Below, in pieces: positions 49,501 to 63,275 of a stretch of 64,000 nt of DNA (its first letter is position 1; every line of letters begins with the position of its first letter). The notes beneath the pieces were generated by a model, which saw only the letters and a list, made by a program, of their open reading frames with translations, made no database searches and was not told where the DNA came from. Source of the DNA: Macrostomum lignano (Eukaryota); NCBI GenBank assembly GCA_002269645.1, contig NIVC01002307.1:1-64000 (forward strand), in the 5' to 3' direction. Both the position numbers and the translations under genes were made by a program.

Positions 49501-49876
49501 GTTGAAAACTGTTGGGAAAAATGAATTCGAGTTGCTAAGGCCCGCGCACCCCAATTCCCCATAAAAAATTCTGTTCAGAAAATTGTCAATAGCCAGAAAG
49601 CCACACACGCGCCAAGCAGTCACGCGATGCTGAATGAAGTTTTTTATCAATGGTTAATCGTGCAAAGCTGTTTAGAAAATGCTCGAAACTAAACTGCACT
49701 AAACTCTGCTGCTTAAACCCCTTTTTCATAGAAACAAAAAGGTTTGAAACATAAACAACCAACAGAAAAAAGCAAAAAAGCTCACCAGGAAACATGACCG
49801 GAGCCAGTGGCGCCCCAGCGGCCAGAGAGCATGCTCTGTAGTATTCTTCCTGCTTGATGTTTTGCATTGTCTGCAT
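43552..49876 (-). CDS. FLI1: FLI1/ERG (Ets65A-type) transcription factor, PNT-less model, 290 aa
   Basis: Exons 49876-49786 ([12 protein letters not shown]...), 48371-48198 (Gly-rich, ends HWRPQ) and 44159-43552 total 873 nt, all phase 1. The ETS domain is near-identical to ERG/FLI; the tail [13 protein letters not shown]...[14 protein letters not shown]...SHLPSAHYY is of ERG/FLI type. The ETS exon is near certain; the 5' exons are less so. Confidence 0.88.
47400..48150. repeat. 17-19-bp minisatellite (cccagatcccgaatctc)
   Basis: Direct reading; it ends about 45 bp from the donor at 48197. Confidence 0.92.
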
Positions 49877-50649
49877 TGTGCACTCCGATGGCTAAGAATT
49901 CACCTGTCTGTGAGGGTTTCGAGTTTGCTAAATTATCTGCTAAACAGGGCCGCTGCTGAGATTTATGGAACTGTTGCTGGGAGGCGAGAATCTCAATAAT
50001 CCAGACTTGAGGAGATGGCGGAGGTGGCAGCTTCCTTCCTAACGGGAGATTTCCTCGAGAATGTTTTTGAGTCGCTCCGGCCGCGCCAACCCCATCCGAC
50101 TTCTCCTGGCGGCAGCCCCTACCTCCCCGCCTTCTCACCCCACCCCTCTGCCCCCTTGCAATGCATTGGGCGACCTGTGACCAGCCTCCTGATGAAGAGC
50201 CTCCGGGGCGGCGCCGGACTCAAAGTCTCCAACCCTGCTCAGCCAATGGGAAGGAAGGAAGCTCGGATGACATTGGTCCGGAATAACCCCACCTTCCCGG
50301 GAAATGGGGAAGGAGATTTTCAGTCGCCAACACTACTCACTTCCCCCAGAAATCTCTCCTGTTTTCCCCTGCCCCCGAGAATTGCTGGGGATCTTTTGGC
50401 CTCTCTTGGCGTCTCTTGGATTGGAGGGAGCGCAGGCCGGGCTGCTGGTGCGGGTAGGAAAATAATGATGGGGCGAATTTGAGTCTGGACTTTGGGCGGA
50501 CTTCCTGGGGATGGATAATCCATGGCCTGAGTATTCCATGGATGACTTCTTGGCTTCTTGATCTTGATTTAGTCAGGTGTTCGAGTCTAATCATTTTTTA
50601 TTTGATGCAGCAATTTTGCATTGGTTCTAATTGGCTCCAGCCTTTGATT

Positions 50650-51670
50650 CCACAGGATGTCATTTTGGTTCCACAGGATGCCATTTTGGTTCCACATGAT
50701 GCCATTTCGGTTCCACTGGATGTCATTTTGGTTCATAGGGTGCCATTTTGGTTCATAGGGTGCCATTTTGGTTCATGGAGTGCCATTTTGGTTCATAGGG
50801 TGCCATTTAGGTTCATAGGGTGCCATTTTGGTTCATGGGGTGCCATTTTGGTTCCACAGGATGTCATTTTGGTTCCACAGGATGCTATTTTGGTTCCACT
50901 AGATGTCATTTTGGTTCCACAGGATGCTATTTTGGTTCCACAGGATGTCATTTTAGTTCCACAGGATGTCATTTTGGTTCCACAGGATGTAATTTTGGTT
51001 CCACAGGATGTAATTTTGGTTCCACAGGATGTCATTTTGGTTCCACAGGATGTAATTTTGGTTCCACAGGATGTCATTTTGGTTCCACAGGATGTCATTT
51101 TGGTTCCACAGGATGCCATTTTGGTTCCACAGGATGTCATTTTGGTTCCACAGGATGTCATTTTGGTTCCACAGGATGCCATTTTGGTTCCACAGGATGT
51201 CATTTTGGTTCCACAGGATGTCATTTTGGTTCCACAGGATGCCATTTTGGTTCCACAGGATGCCATTTTGGTTCCATTTTGGTTCATAGGGTGCCATTTT
51301 GGTTGATGGGGTGCCATTTTGATTCATAAAGTGCCATTTTATTCCACGGGGTGCCATTTTGGTTCATAAAGGCCATTTTGGTTCCATAAGGTGCCATTTT
51401 GGTTCCATAAGGTACATTTTTTCCATAAGGTACATTTAAGGTACATGAGGTGCATTTTGGTTCCAGAGGATGCCATTTGCATTTTGGTTCCAGAGGATGC
51501 CATTTGCATTTTGGTTCCAGAGGATGCCATTTGCATTTTGGTTCCAGAGGATGCCATGCTGGTTCTGCAGACTGCCATTTTGGTTTAGAGTGCCATTTTG
51601 GTTTAGAGTGCCATTTTGGTTTCAATAGGGCCATGTTGGTTCCAGAGGGTGCCATGTTGGTTCTATGGAA
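50650..51670. repeat. 21-bp minisatellite (ggttccacaggatgtcatttt / gggtgccattttggttcata)
   Basis: Direct reading; degenerate toward the 3' end. Confidence 0.93.
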
Positions 51671-53027
51671 TGCAATTACAGTTGCCATTTTTGCTTTTGA
51701 AAATTATCAGCTTGATTTCTATAGGCTTTGCTCATTTCAAGATAAGCCTCGTATTTTCATGGATCTGAAAAAATCGATAGCAGCGCCAAGGAACCAGCCT
51801 GGACTGTGTTAATGAATTGGAGCTTAGCTTCAATAATTAGCCACTTACTGACTGGGCTGGGTGGCCGCTTGAGCCAACACAGACTCCCGGGCAAATGACA
51901 ACAAGAGTAAAATCCTCTGCCTGAGCAGCTGCCAGTTGCACAGGCAGATCAGGTAATTCAAGCCAACTCAAGCGGCTGGGGCTTGTCTCCAAGCTGTGTT
52001 TTAAATGGGAATAGGAAGGCGAAAATTGAGTCTGCAGCTTGCGGCACTTGAGACCGGGTCTCGCGATGCATCCCTTATACAGGGCCAAGCAAACTGTTGG
52101 AAGACCTGACCAAACAAATCCGGCTGGACCTCTGGTTGCGGTGCGGCCGCCTCCATATCTGTCTGCAGTTGTGAAACTGTAAAACGAGACGAATTGACTT
52201 TTTCCCCAGCAAATGGGAGAGTCAGAAAAAAAACTGCTGGGATGCAGGGCAGCCCTCGGCCTTGGCGGTGGCCTGCGCGTGCCGGGGGCTCCGAGGCCGG
52301 GGCACCTGGAGTCTGCGGAGTCTTACTATATTATTGTTGTTATCCTGAGCACTGATTCCGGCCTCGGACTCTGTGTAAAAGTTGGAGCAGGGGGACGGAG
52401 CGCCGCGTGTCCCAACAATCCCAGCTATGCACCGCCAAGGTGATCAAACACGAGGGCTCACCTTACTATTTATATATTTATACTGTCTGTTTATATTTTC
52501 ATACACAGATTATGAGTTTGTCACCCCAAGGTCCAAGCGGGGCGTTCCCTTCTACACTCCAGAGATCATCATATATCTTGCAGACTGTCATCGTGGAAGG
52601 TGGTCGACCGGAATCTCTCTGGCTGAGGAGGGGGGAGGGTCACGTGCCCTCCTTAGTGCCACGGTCGCCTTTCATCCTTGATTCTCATGCGCAGCGCAGC
52701 TAATGACTGTCATGGCCTGTTATATATAAGGATAAGACTTGCTCAAAAAAGATTTCACTGCGCTGGGCTGCATAGGGAACTAGAAGGGGGGTCATAAAAA
52801 AGCAATGCAAGCAATCCTTGCTTCTTCCGGCGGCGTTTGGGGTCCAGGTTCAGAGGAATAGATATGCTCGCATGCATATAGTTTATAGGTAAGAGGCTGA
52901 GCCTTGGGGATGATGCAGTGGGAAGACGGAGATCTTTATTAATTTTTCTTCTTTTTGCGCGCGTGCGTAGCTTGATTTATCTGGTCTGAACTGCCCTGCC
53001 AAACTGGCTGAGATGAGCGCGAATCCG

Positions 53028-53844
<817 letters not shown>

Positions 53845-56800
53845 GGTCTAAGTCACTGATCAGCAGTTATTTATGCTGTATGCATCTCCGCCCATGGCAA
53901 CAATAGTGCACCGCAGGCAGCGGCCCTGCCAGTCGCTGTTTCCCTTCCTGCACGCCACCCTCAAGTCTGCAATCGGGTTGAACGGTCCTTCTTCATTCTT
54001 GCCGCTGCGCTCAGCTCAACTCTGATCCTGAAAAAATAGCCAGTCCCACATTTTTACCTGACCTGCGCCAGAGCTGACTGAAAAGAGTGGCTTGTGAGGG
54101 GTCTGGGGGGCTCCGAGGGGGACTGCAGAAAAGGAAGTGAGCTCCGGGCATGCGAGCGGCACAAGAGTGGGGAAGTTTTGGGCGCCCGCTAGATCGGCCC
54201 TCCGCAGGAAAAGAAAGCGACGAAGAAGGGGAGTCAGCAGAAGAATGGAGGGGGGGGGGCAGGCTGCTGAAAGAAAACTGTTTTCGTGGCCCGGCCCTAC
54301 CTTGGCCCCCGGCTCTCCTTTGTCCCGGAGCGGAAGGGCAAAGACTTGGCTAAGGAAGCTGCAATCTCCTCTTTATTGGGGGCATTTCCTGCGCTGAGAC
54401 CAAGGAGAGAGAGAGGGGGGGAGAGATGGAGAGATGGAGAGAGACTGAGGGTGAGAGAGCAGCTAGCCGAAGACATTGTCAGGTGAGGCAGGCCCCAAGA
54501 ATGCAGTGCCCCCTCATCCAGCAGCAGAGTCTGGGTGGGGGGGGGGGCTGCTTCCGCTCAGCGAATAATGCCACCCAGGCCGGAGCAGCCGAGCGCCCAT
54601 TATCCCCTGGGCTGGAGATAAAAGCCAATCATTCTTCCCAATTAGCTCGGTGGGACTCGCAGGACTTGCATAGAGAAAAGGAAGCTCAGGGAGAGCGCGC
54701 GCACACAAACGCACTCGGTCGCTTCTGCAGTTCGCAAGGAATGCGGCCGACTCATGATGGAGACGGAGAGGATGGGGGGACACAGCAGCTTTTAAAAGTG
54801 GGGAAATGAGAATTCGCTTTCTCACATTTCTCTCCCCCTTTTCCCGTTGAGTCTTTTCCGCAATTACGGATCGGGAGAGTCTCCGTATTATGTTCGGAGC
54901 TGATGGTTTTGCTTCTCAACCAGCCAAATCAAATCAAGGAGGTCCATTTGAATATCCTGCCTGATTCGATATCGACACCTGGAGCTTCCTGGCTTGAGTG
55001 TTCATTGAATTGACTAAAAAATTGAATTAATTTCAGCTGGGAAACTGTGACCTGACTCATGCCACTGCAGTTGCACCTGAGTCAGTTGGCCGCCATCAGA
55101 TTAGCGCAGAATCTGGTTTTGAAGTCGGCGAACAAGTAGACAACTGTCTAAAACATGTATGCTAGATTAATCCCCGAATTTTCTATCTTTCTGGTTTAAA
55201 ATCCCCTTGAAATTGGTAGTTCCCACGCCTGTTAATCCCCTTAGGGCGCGGGGAGGAGCTTGACTACGAAGACTTGAGCTCGGCTTTCCCACAGCGGGGT
55301 GCCGTAGCTGTAGGGAGAGAACTGGGGCATGGGAAGGCTCTGACCCCGCCTGGCAACTGCGACGATTCAGAGGGGTAGGGGCTAATGAGCCTCTCCGCGT
55401 GGGGATAGGGAAGTGCCTTGCAGCATCCCGGCCTGAGCTCAGTTTTTTGTAAGTTTGGTCGGGTTTGGTGGGCGGCCTCTGTGATCAGGGCGCGGTTCCC
55501 AGAAAACTGCTCAAAGGGTTTTGCCTCGGCCTACCCCCCCCCCCCCCCGGCACCCCATGGTTTCTCAGCCGCTCTCGGGTGCCCTCTGGCGCAGCTGCTG
55601 CAGGTCGGGCTGATTGAGGCACCAGGGAGGGGTCGGGAGTCGGCAAGGAAGAGCCAGACGACTCGAGAAATTTTCTCCGTGAAAGTTGAACAATTTTTAT
55701 CCAGATCTTTGAGACAGGCAGAGCTGACGAACTGCGAATATAACAACTCCTATTGAGCTTATCGTTGATTTTATTAGTCATTGTTGTTAATCTCAACATT
55801 TAGTTGAACTCTATGATTATTCAATGCTAAAGTCCTTGAAGTTCGCGTGTTTCCGAAGATCACACTATATCATGGGACTGTCTGAGCCCTCGTGACAAGT
55901 CCAAAATGCGAGCACATAGCAAGTCTTAGACCTTAGACCTAAACATAAACATAGACTTACTAGTAATAAAGTTCACATGCACTAAGTAGAAGATATAGCA
56001 TAGAGTTAAGGAATGTGATTTACGAGTACGAGCTATTTAAATCCCGAGGGCCGGCGACGCCGTCCCACACACCAGCACTGACGGCAGTTCAGTCCATTCC
56101 GCTGACCCTGAGCACACGCTGTCCGCAGGCACACGCTCACACGTACGCTCACACAGGATGTACAGCGGCTCTTTGACTTTCTAATCTTGTCAGGCATGTA
56201 CACTCAATGTGCCTTGGGGTGGCTATGAAGACCGATTTTCCTGCACACAAGGCGTCGCATACAAAGCAAACCAGGAGTCGCGGCGCGAGAGTCAGACGCG
56301 TCTACCGATGAGCTGCTCCGCAACTTTGCTCATAAGCCTAGTCTTGATACAAAATACGGTGTTGTAGTGGAAGGATTCATTGCACAGTCTATCCCCGCCT
56401 TTCTTTCAGACCGAACTCGAATCGAGCTGCGAACCGAACTACGACTTGCTACCTGTCGCTAAATAGAAGAGAGCCACCCAGAAGCGGAATAATGCGAACG
56501 CCGAATATTAGCCATCGTCGGTGTATCGCCGGAAATTGGTGAACAGCTAGGGAGCTGAGCTGATAAGCAAAATCGGCTACACTTGCCCCAGATCTATCAA
56601 GAATGAGCAGACCGAGAAGGGTCTCTCAATGTGCTTTGGATCCTCAATAAGTACGAGCGTATCATCTGACGTGTGAATTCTCTCTTTATTAGATAAGAAA
56701 AAATGCGTGATAATTGCGATGAGAATTGTGCACAAGTTCCCAATCTGCTCTACTATGAGTAGTCTGCTGCAATATAATGCCTCCGACAAATCACTTTTCA

Positions 56801-56914
56801 GAACGCATCAATGACCACAAATAAGTTAATACCTCATTTGAATTAGTAGCGTTATCTCACAGTGATCACTAGATTAATCAATGCAGTTTAATGCGCCACA
56901 GGCACTTATTTTTG

Positions 56915-57420
56915 GCGCCCACTGACACTCATTTTACCGCCCACTGACGCTCATTTTACCACCCACGACACTTATTTTACCTCCCACTGACACTCATTTT
57001 AGCGCTCACTGACACTCATTTTAGCGCCCACTGACACTCATTTTAGCGCCCACTGACACTCATTTCTAGTGCTCACTGACACTCATTTTAGCGCCCACTG
57101 ACACTCATTTCTGCGCCCACTGACACTCATTTCTAGTGCTCACTGACACTCATTTTAGCGCCCACTGACACTCATTTCTGCGCCCACTGACACTCATTTT
57201 AGCGCCTACTGACACTCATTTTAGCGCCTACTGACACTCATTTCTGCGCCCACTGACACTCATTTTAGCGCCCACTGACACTCATTTCTGCGCCCACTGA
57301 CACTCATTTTAGCGCCTACTGACACTCATTTTAGCGCCTACTGACACTCATTTCTGCGCCCACTGACACTCATTTTACCACCCACGACACTCATTTTAGC
57401 GCCCACTGACACTCTTTTGG
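56915..57420. repeat. 22-bp minisatellite (gcgcccactgacactcatttta)
   Basis: About 23 units. Confidence 0.92.
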
Positions 57421-57519
57421 CGCCGCAGTCACTAATTTTGGTGTCCTGAAGCAAAATCCTTGATTTCCATTACGGGGTCACAAGTTGCAGGGGGCTGGGG
57501 AAAAATCAATGATTAAAGC

Positions 57520-57572
57520 TTTTACTAGGGGGGGCACATGTCCCCCCTGCCCCCCCGGTGGCGACGCCTCTG
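57520..57572 (-). mobile_element. Probable hAT-type terminal sequence (single end)
   Basis: The reverse complement reads CAGAGGCGTCGCCACCGGGGGGGCAGGGGGGACATGTGCCCCCC, the CAG-start GC-rich hairpin style of many hAT MITE ends. No partner TIR or TSD was found. Confidence 0.4.
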
Positions 57573-58603
57573 ATTTTAAGCATCCCATTTCATATCGCCT
57601 AAACTTCACCAGTGTTGGGCATCGATAATGCAAATCTTAACTTCAGCGAACGGCAAAAGCGTTGGAATGAAAAAAATGAAAAATACATAACTTAGCCAAT
57701 GGTGTTAAATTTAGGTTTTGTGAAGGCGCCCACATGGCATCCGTGAATCTGAATTTTTACAAACAGTTTTGCTATGCTATGCAAATTACCTGTTACACAG
57801 GCTAGTGTGCACCTCACGTGACATTTGGTCTGGTTTAGCCCTTAGTTTGAAACCAAATACATTTGCGGTTAGAAAGTCTAATTCGAAGGGCCATTTAACC
57901 CACTATTTACCTTCAGACACTGCGCGTGTGCTTCAGAGCAACTGCTCAGGCCAGACCAAAGGACGCCTTAAAGGTAAAACTTGACCGCAGGCCCAGTTTT
58001 GAGGAGCAGGAGCAGGAGAGGAGAGGGAGCGACATGTCGAGTTGTCAGTCAAAAAAGCTGCTCAGGTCAGTTGGCGCCAATGATTATGCGGTGAGCACCA
58101 GTCCCCCCGTTATCTCGCCTCGCCTCCGCTGGTCAGTCATCAGTAAATCATGCTGCTATCAACTAGTTTTATCTTCGGCAAACAAGATCAGACTGCGCTA
58201 GGGCATATCTGACAGACGCGTCCGATAGTCGCACATGAGCTGCTCAAGGCTGATTTGGATTTCAAGAAAAAAAACGAGAGCTCTGAAACTTTTTATTCTC
58301 TTATCCTAAAGTTCATTTTTATCATTTGAATTCGGACTGCCAGCAACATGAAATCCAGTTTGATTGCAGCCTACCGCGTCGTGAAACATTTGTAACAAAA
58401 AAGCATTTTTGAATAGCAGAATCGGCAGAATTTGGCAATTCAAAGAGGCTGGCTCGCGGTTGATTCAAAAATGCACTGGGGGAGGAAGGGGCGTTCTGTG
58501 GCCACGAGCGCACGAAGGTCATCTGAAGGTCGTCTGCCAAACAGACTTGCGGTAATCTTATCATAAGCTGTAAGACATCATGAAATCTACTTTTATTCAG
58601 TAA

Positions 58604-59034
58604 CTAGATATGGCACATGCCACCGCTGAACTCCCCTTTGACGCCGATGCTGCCTAGAAAATTTTGCAACCTCCCCAACGACGGTGTCTGCTGCGCCACT
58701 GACTGCTGAACATCCCGATTGATGTCGCCGCCGCCGCCGCCGCCGCTGTCATTGCTGTCGTGGCAAAAGAACTTCACGGCGTCCAGATTGCCAAGGAAGC
58801 TGGCGAACATGTTCGCGTCGAAACAGTCGAAGTCGTCTTCGATTCGAGGCTCCTGACTGCGGTGGCAGCGGTGCTGCTGCGCCTGCTGCCAGTAGCAGCA
58901 GCAGCTGCAGCTGCAATGGTAGGAGTAGCCGCCGGTGCTGTTCCAACCAGTTGGTGCCCAGTTAGACTGCTGCTCAGGCTCGGACTGAGGCTGCTCAAAT
59001 CTGCGCTCTTTCAGCTCGGTTAGATGCTGTTGTT

Positions 59035-59078
<44 letters not shown>

Positions 59079-59922
59079 GACTTCTTCTTGCGCCTCGGCT
59101 GGTACTTGTAGCCGGGATGGTCAGTCAGATGTTGACGCTTCAGCCGTTCCGCCTCAAGCACAAAAGGGCGCTTCTCGGCGTCGCTCATTGACTTCCACTT
59201 GTCGCCTGGTAGTAGAATGTGGCGTGTGATTTTACACGTTTGACTTGGTTGTAGCTGCGGTACAAAATAACCGGTAGCTCGCTTAGGCTGCTTCAATATA
59301 ATAAGAATTGATTTCACCTGCCCCCTGGGCAGATGTGCAACCGACAGCTCAGCCGCAGCTATTACGCGGCGCCTCTGAAGGCTGCGTACGGCTGTTCAGT
59401 CCAAGGACTGGGGGGTCACCACACACCCTCAATTAACCCAGCTAATGCTGGCACCCATTAATTACAGCTGGGTGAACTGAATCAATGCAGAGTTAAGTGT
59501 CTTGCTCAAGGACGCAAATTGTTCCGAGTGGGTCGAGAATCGAACCCCCGACCTTTCAGTCGCGAGTCTGACGCTCTAACCACTAGGCTACAACCCCCTA
59601 ATCCACTATGAAGGTCTCACAGTTCTGGAGAGTCCGGAGAATGTATCTCGCATCAATATCTACCCGTTAAGACCTGTTTATGCATAAGGGACTCACCCAA
59701 CAGCCGGCTGAGCTCCACATTGTGCACATCTGGATTGGCCTTGGACAGCTGCTTTCGCTCGGCTCTGGCCCACACCATGAACGGATTCATGGGCCTGGGA
59801 ATGTGATTCCTTCTGCGCCTCCTGCCGGCGGTGGCAACTACTGCCGGTGTGCTGCCGTCAACGCTACTGGCTGAAGTGCTGGGCCGGTCCCACAGGTATT
59901 CGCTGAAGTCTAAGCTGGCCAT
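58604..59922 (-). CDS. SoxF: Sox HMG-box transcription factor, SoxF-like, 275 aa
   Basis: Exons 59922-59697 and 59205-58604 (828 nt). HMG box [37 protein letters not shown]|[40 protein letters not shown]. The phase-1 intron after LG is the SoxF position. [10 protein letters not shown] resembles the D..EF..YL motif. Confidence 0.9.
59366..59598 (-). mobile_element. tRNA-derived SINE copy 2, intact head (in Sox intron)
   Basis: - strand GGGGTTGTAGCCTAGTGGTTAGAGCG...GGTTCGATTCTC has A and B boxes; stems are imperfect, so this is not a functional tRNA; same body as 7642-7852. Confidence 0.85.
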
Positions 59923-60429
59923 GTTAAAAGTACACCAGTCGGTTAGCTTGTAGACTGTTTTGGATAGATACACTTCAAATTATAATTGATTGTTGATAAA
60001 TGTTTCTTTTTTAATAGAAAAAATATTCCAGCTTAGTTTTAATCGTCCTCCCAAACTCGTGTTTTAAATAGATTTAGACAAGAAGACGGCTGGGAGTGTG
60101 TGAAGTGAAGGGTGTGAAAACTGGGGGTGGGCGGTGATCTCAGTGAGATTAGATAACGCAAGAGAGACCCAGGCTTTAAGTCAGACAGGTGTGCACAGTC
60201 TAGAATGTTACTTTGGACACAGGATAACTTGGTGTCTGAGGAACTAGAATGCTCTTTGGTATTAATAAATAAGGTTTGCATGCAGCTTCTCTAACAAATA
60301 TTCTCAAGAGAGCTGCGCGGGTACCCCTGAGTCATGCGCGGGTAACCCCATGACTCCAGAGCGCATCCTGGATACTGTATACACAGGAACGCGCTCGTTC
60401 ACACGTTCACTGAAGATTCCTCTGCGATT

Positions 60430-61738
60430 ATGAGCACAGATTCGAAGAAGATTCCCTGAGATTATGAGCACAGATTCGAGGAAGATTTCCTTGAGATTAT
60501 GAGCACATATTTGAGTAAGATTCTCCTGAGATTATGAGCACCGATTCGAGGAAGATTTCCCTGAGATTATGAGCACAGATTTGAGGAAGATTTCCCTGAG
60601 ATTATGAGCACAGATTTGAGTAAGATTCTCCTGAGATTATGAGCACCGATTCGAGGAAGATTTCCCTGAGATTATGAGCACAGATTTGAGGAAGATTTCC
60701 CTGAGATTATGAGCACAGATTTGAGGAAGATTTCCCTGAGATTATGAGCCTAAGATTCGAGGAAGATTCCTTGAGATTATGAACCTAAGATTTGAGGAAG
60801 ATTTCCCTGAGATTATGAGCACAGATTTGAGGAAGATTCCCTCTGAGATTATGAGCACAGATTTGAGGAAGATTTCCTCTGAGATTATGAGCCTAAGATT
60901 TGAGGAAGATTCCCTGAGATTATGAGCACAGATTCGAGGAAGATTTCCCTGAGATTATGAGCACAGATTTGAGTAAGAGTCTCCTGAGATTATGAGCACA
61001 GATTTGATGAAGGTTTCCCTTAAATTATGAGCCTAAGATTTGAGGAAGATTCCCTCTGAGATTATGCACCTAAGAGTTGAGAAAGATTCCCAGAGATGAT
61101 GAACCTAAGAGTTGAGGAAGATTCCCTGAGATTATGAGCCTAAGAGTTTAGGAAGATTCCCTGAGATTATGAGCCTAAGAGTTGAGGAAGATTCCCTGAG
61201 ATTATGAGCCTAAGAGTTTAGGAAGATTCCCTTAGATTATGAGCCTAAGAGTTGAGGAAGATTCCCTTAGATTATGAACCTAAGAGTTGAGGAAGATTCC
61301 CTGAGATTATGAGCCTAAGAGTTGAGGAAGATTCCCTGAGATTATGAGCCTAAGAGTTTAGGAAGATTCCCTGAGATTATGAGCCTAAGAGTTGAGGAAG
61401 ATTCCCTTAGATTATGAACCTAAGAGTTGAGGAAGATTCCCTGAGATTATGAGCCTAAGAGTTGAGGAAGATTCCCTGAGATTATGAGCCTAAGAGTTGA
61501 GGAAGATTCCCTTAGATTATGAGCCTAAGAGTTGAGGAAGATTCCCTGAGATTATGAACCTAAGAGTTGAGGAAGATTCCCTTAGATTATGAACCTAAGA
61601 GTTGAGGAAGATTCCCTGAGATTATGAGCCTAAGAGTTGAGGAAGATTCCCTGAGATTATGAGCCTAAGAGTTGAGGAAGATTCCCTGAGATTATGAGCC
61701 TAAGAGTTTAGGAAGATTCCCTGAGATTATGAGCCTAG
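60430..61738. repeat. 35-bp minisatellite (gagattatgagcctaagagttgaggaagattccct) x~37
   Basis: Direct reading; variant gradient from cacagatt to cctaagagtt. Confidence 0.95.
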
Positions 61739-62849
61739 ATTCTGAAATACCGTTACACCATTAAACTCAGGATAAAGTTTTGTTCTGACTGCGGTACATA
61801 AAAAACCAACACTACTGAGCCAGAATCAACAGTAGTGCAAGTGTCATGTAGTTATAGAGTGCAGCGGGCGGCGGCTCTTTTGATCTCGTCCACTCTGTCT
61901 AGGCGTGGCTCGAGTGTGTTTGGCTGCGAGTATTTACAAGCAGAAATTGTGCTGACATCAGACTATAGGCTAGTCTCACTTTGTTCCGATCAGCTCCCGA
62001 GTCCATGCGAACGCAGCAGTAAAGGCTTTCTCAATGATTATCACGTGTTAAAAAAAAACTTGCGGCGCCTTTTCATGCCTGCAGTTTTCACCTGGCGTAG
62101 CCACTTGAGAGGTGTCTGGCCTGCTTCAAACACTGCCGCTGGCGGTGGCTAATGTCAGCACTAACACAAGTTTTGTTTAAGTGTGATTTTATTACGCTTG
62201 CTCGAAGTTTTAAAGCTACCGGTTCGGTCATGATTTTGCATGTCGAGCACGATGAAACCATAAAATTTGGAAAATTTCTGAATGTGTCACGATAAAACAA
62301 AATATTAATTATTTTTTACGCGCGAATTCTTCACGGTCTGGATGGGCTAAGGATTCTGGACAGTTTAAGGAATTTCTTGATTTTTTGTCGTCTTCACTGT
62401 ATCACCAATTGTTAAATCTTACGAGTGTGGAAATTCTTAGAAAATTTTGTCCTTTTTTAACAAAGTTCAAAGGGTTTCTTTTGTTCCTGAGATTTCATTT
62501 GCAAGAGACAGCATCTTTATTAACGATTTCTCTGCTTTAGACAGATGTGGGTCTAATATAAACTACTATATTTAAGTAGTGTGCACGAGACTACAAAGAT
62601 TTTAAAACGAAGAACGAAACGACGAACGGACTACAAAAATCTGGTGTTCTAGGAAATCGGACTTTTTAAGCTGTTAGTGCGACATACTACTGACAATAGG
62701 CTTGGAAGATAGTCAAAACCGAAAAAATATTCAAAACGGACATTTAATCGAAATAGAGTCATAAGTTAGAACTGCATTGTCGTGCAGTTGCTACGACGGA
62801 CGCTGTCTTTGGTGGCTGACTTTTGGGACTCTTTGGGGGACTGACATTG

Positions 62850-63275
62850 GTGTGCTGTATTTAGAGTGCTTTGGGACTGTCTTTGGGGCGCTGTCTTTGT
62901 GAGACTGCCTTTGAGGGGCTGTCTTTGTGGGACTATCTATGGGGAACTATCATTGGGGGACTGACATTGGCGGGCTGTCTTTGGAGGGATGGCTGTGGGG
63001 ACTGTCCTTGGTGGACTGTCTTTGGGGACTGTCTTTGTGAGACTGTCTTTGGGGGACTGTCTTTGGGGACAGTCTTTGTGTGACTGTCTTTTGGTACGTT
63101 CTTGGGGGGGGCGCTGTATTGTGGGGGGGGCGCTGTATTGTGGGGGGGGCGCTGTATTGTGGGGGGGGCGCTGTATTGTGGGGGGGGCGCTGTATTGTGG
63201 GGGGGGCGCTGTATTGTGGGGGGCGCTGTATTGTGGGGGGGGCGCTGTATTGTGGGGGGGGGCGCTGTATTGGGA
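62850..63275. repeat. Compound G-rich repeat: (gggactgtcttt)n then (G6-8 cgctgtattgt)n
   Basis: Direct reading. Confidence 0.9.

Noticed and set aside
59527-59598. Possible tRNA gene
   Set aside because: Acceptor and anticodon stems are imperfect and it continues into a SINE body repeated at 7.6 kb.
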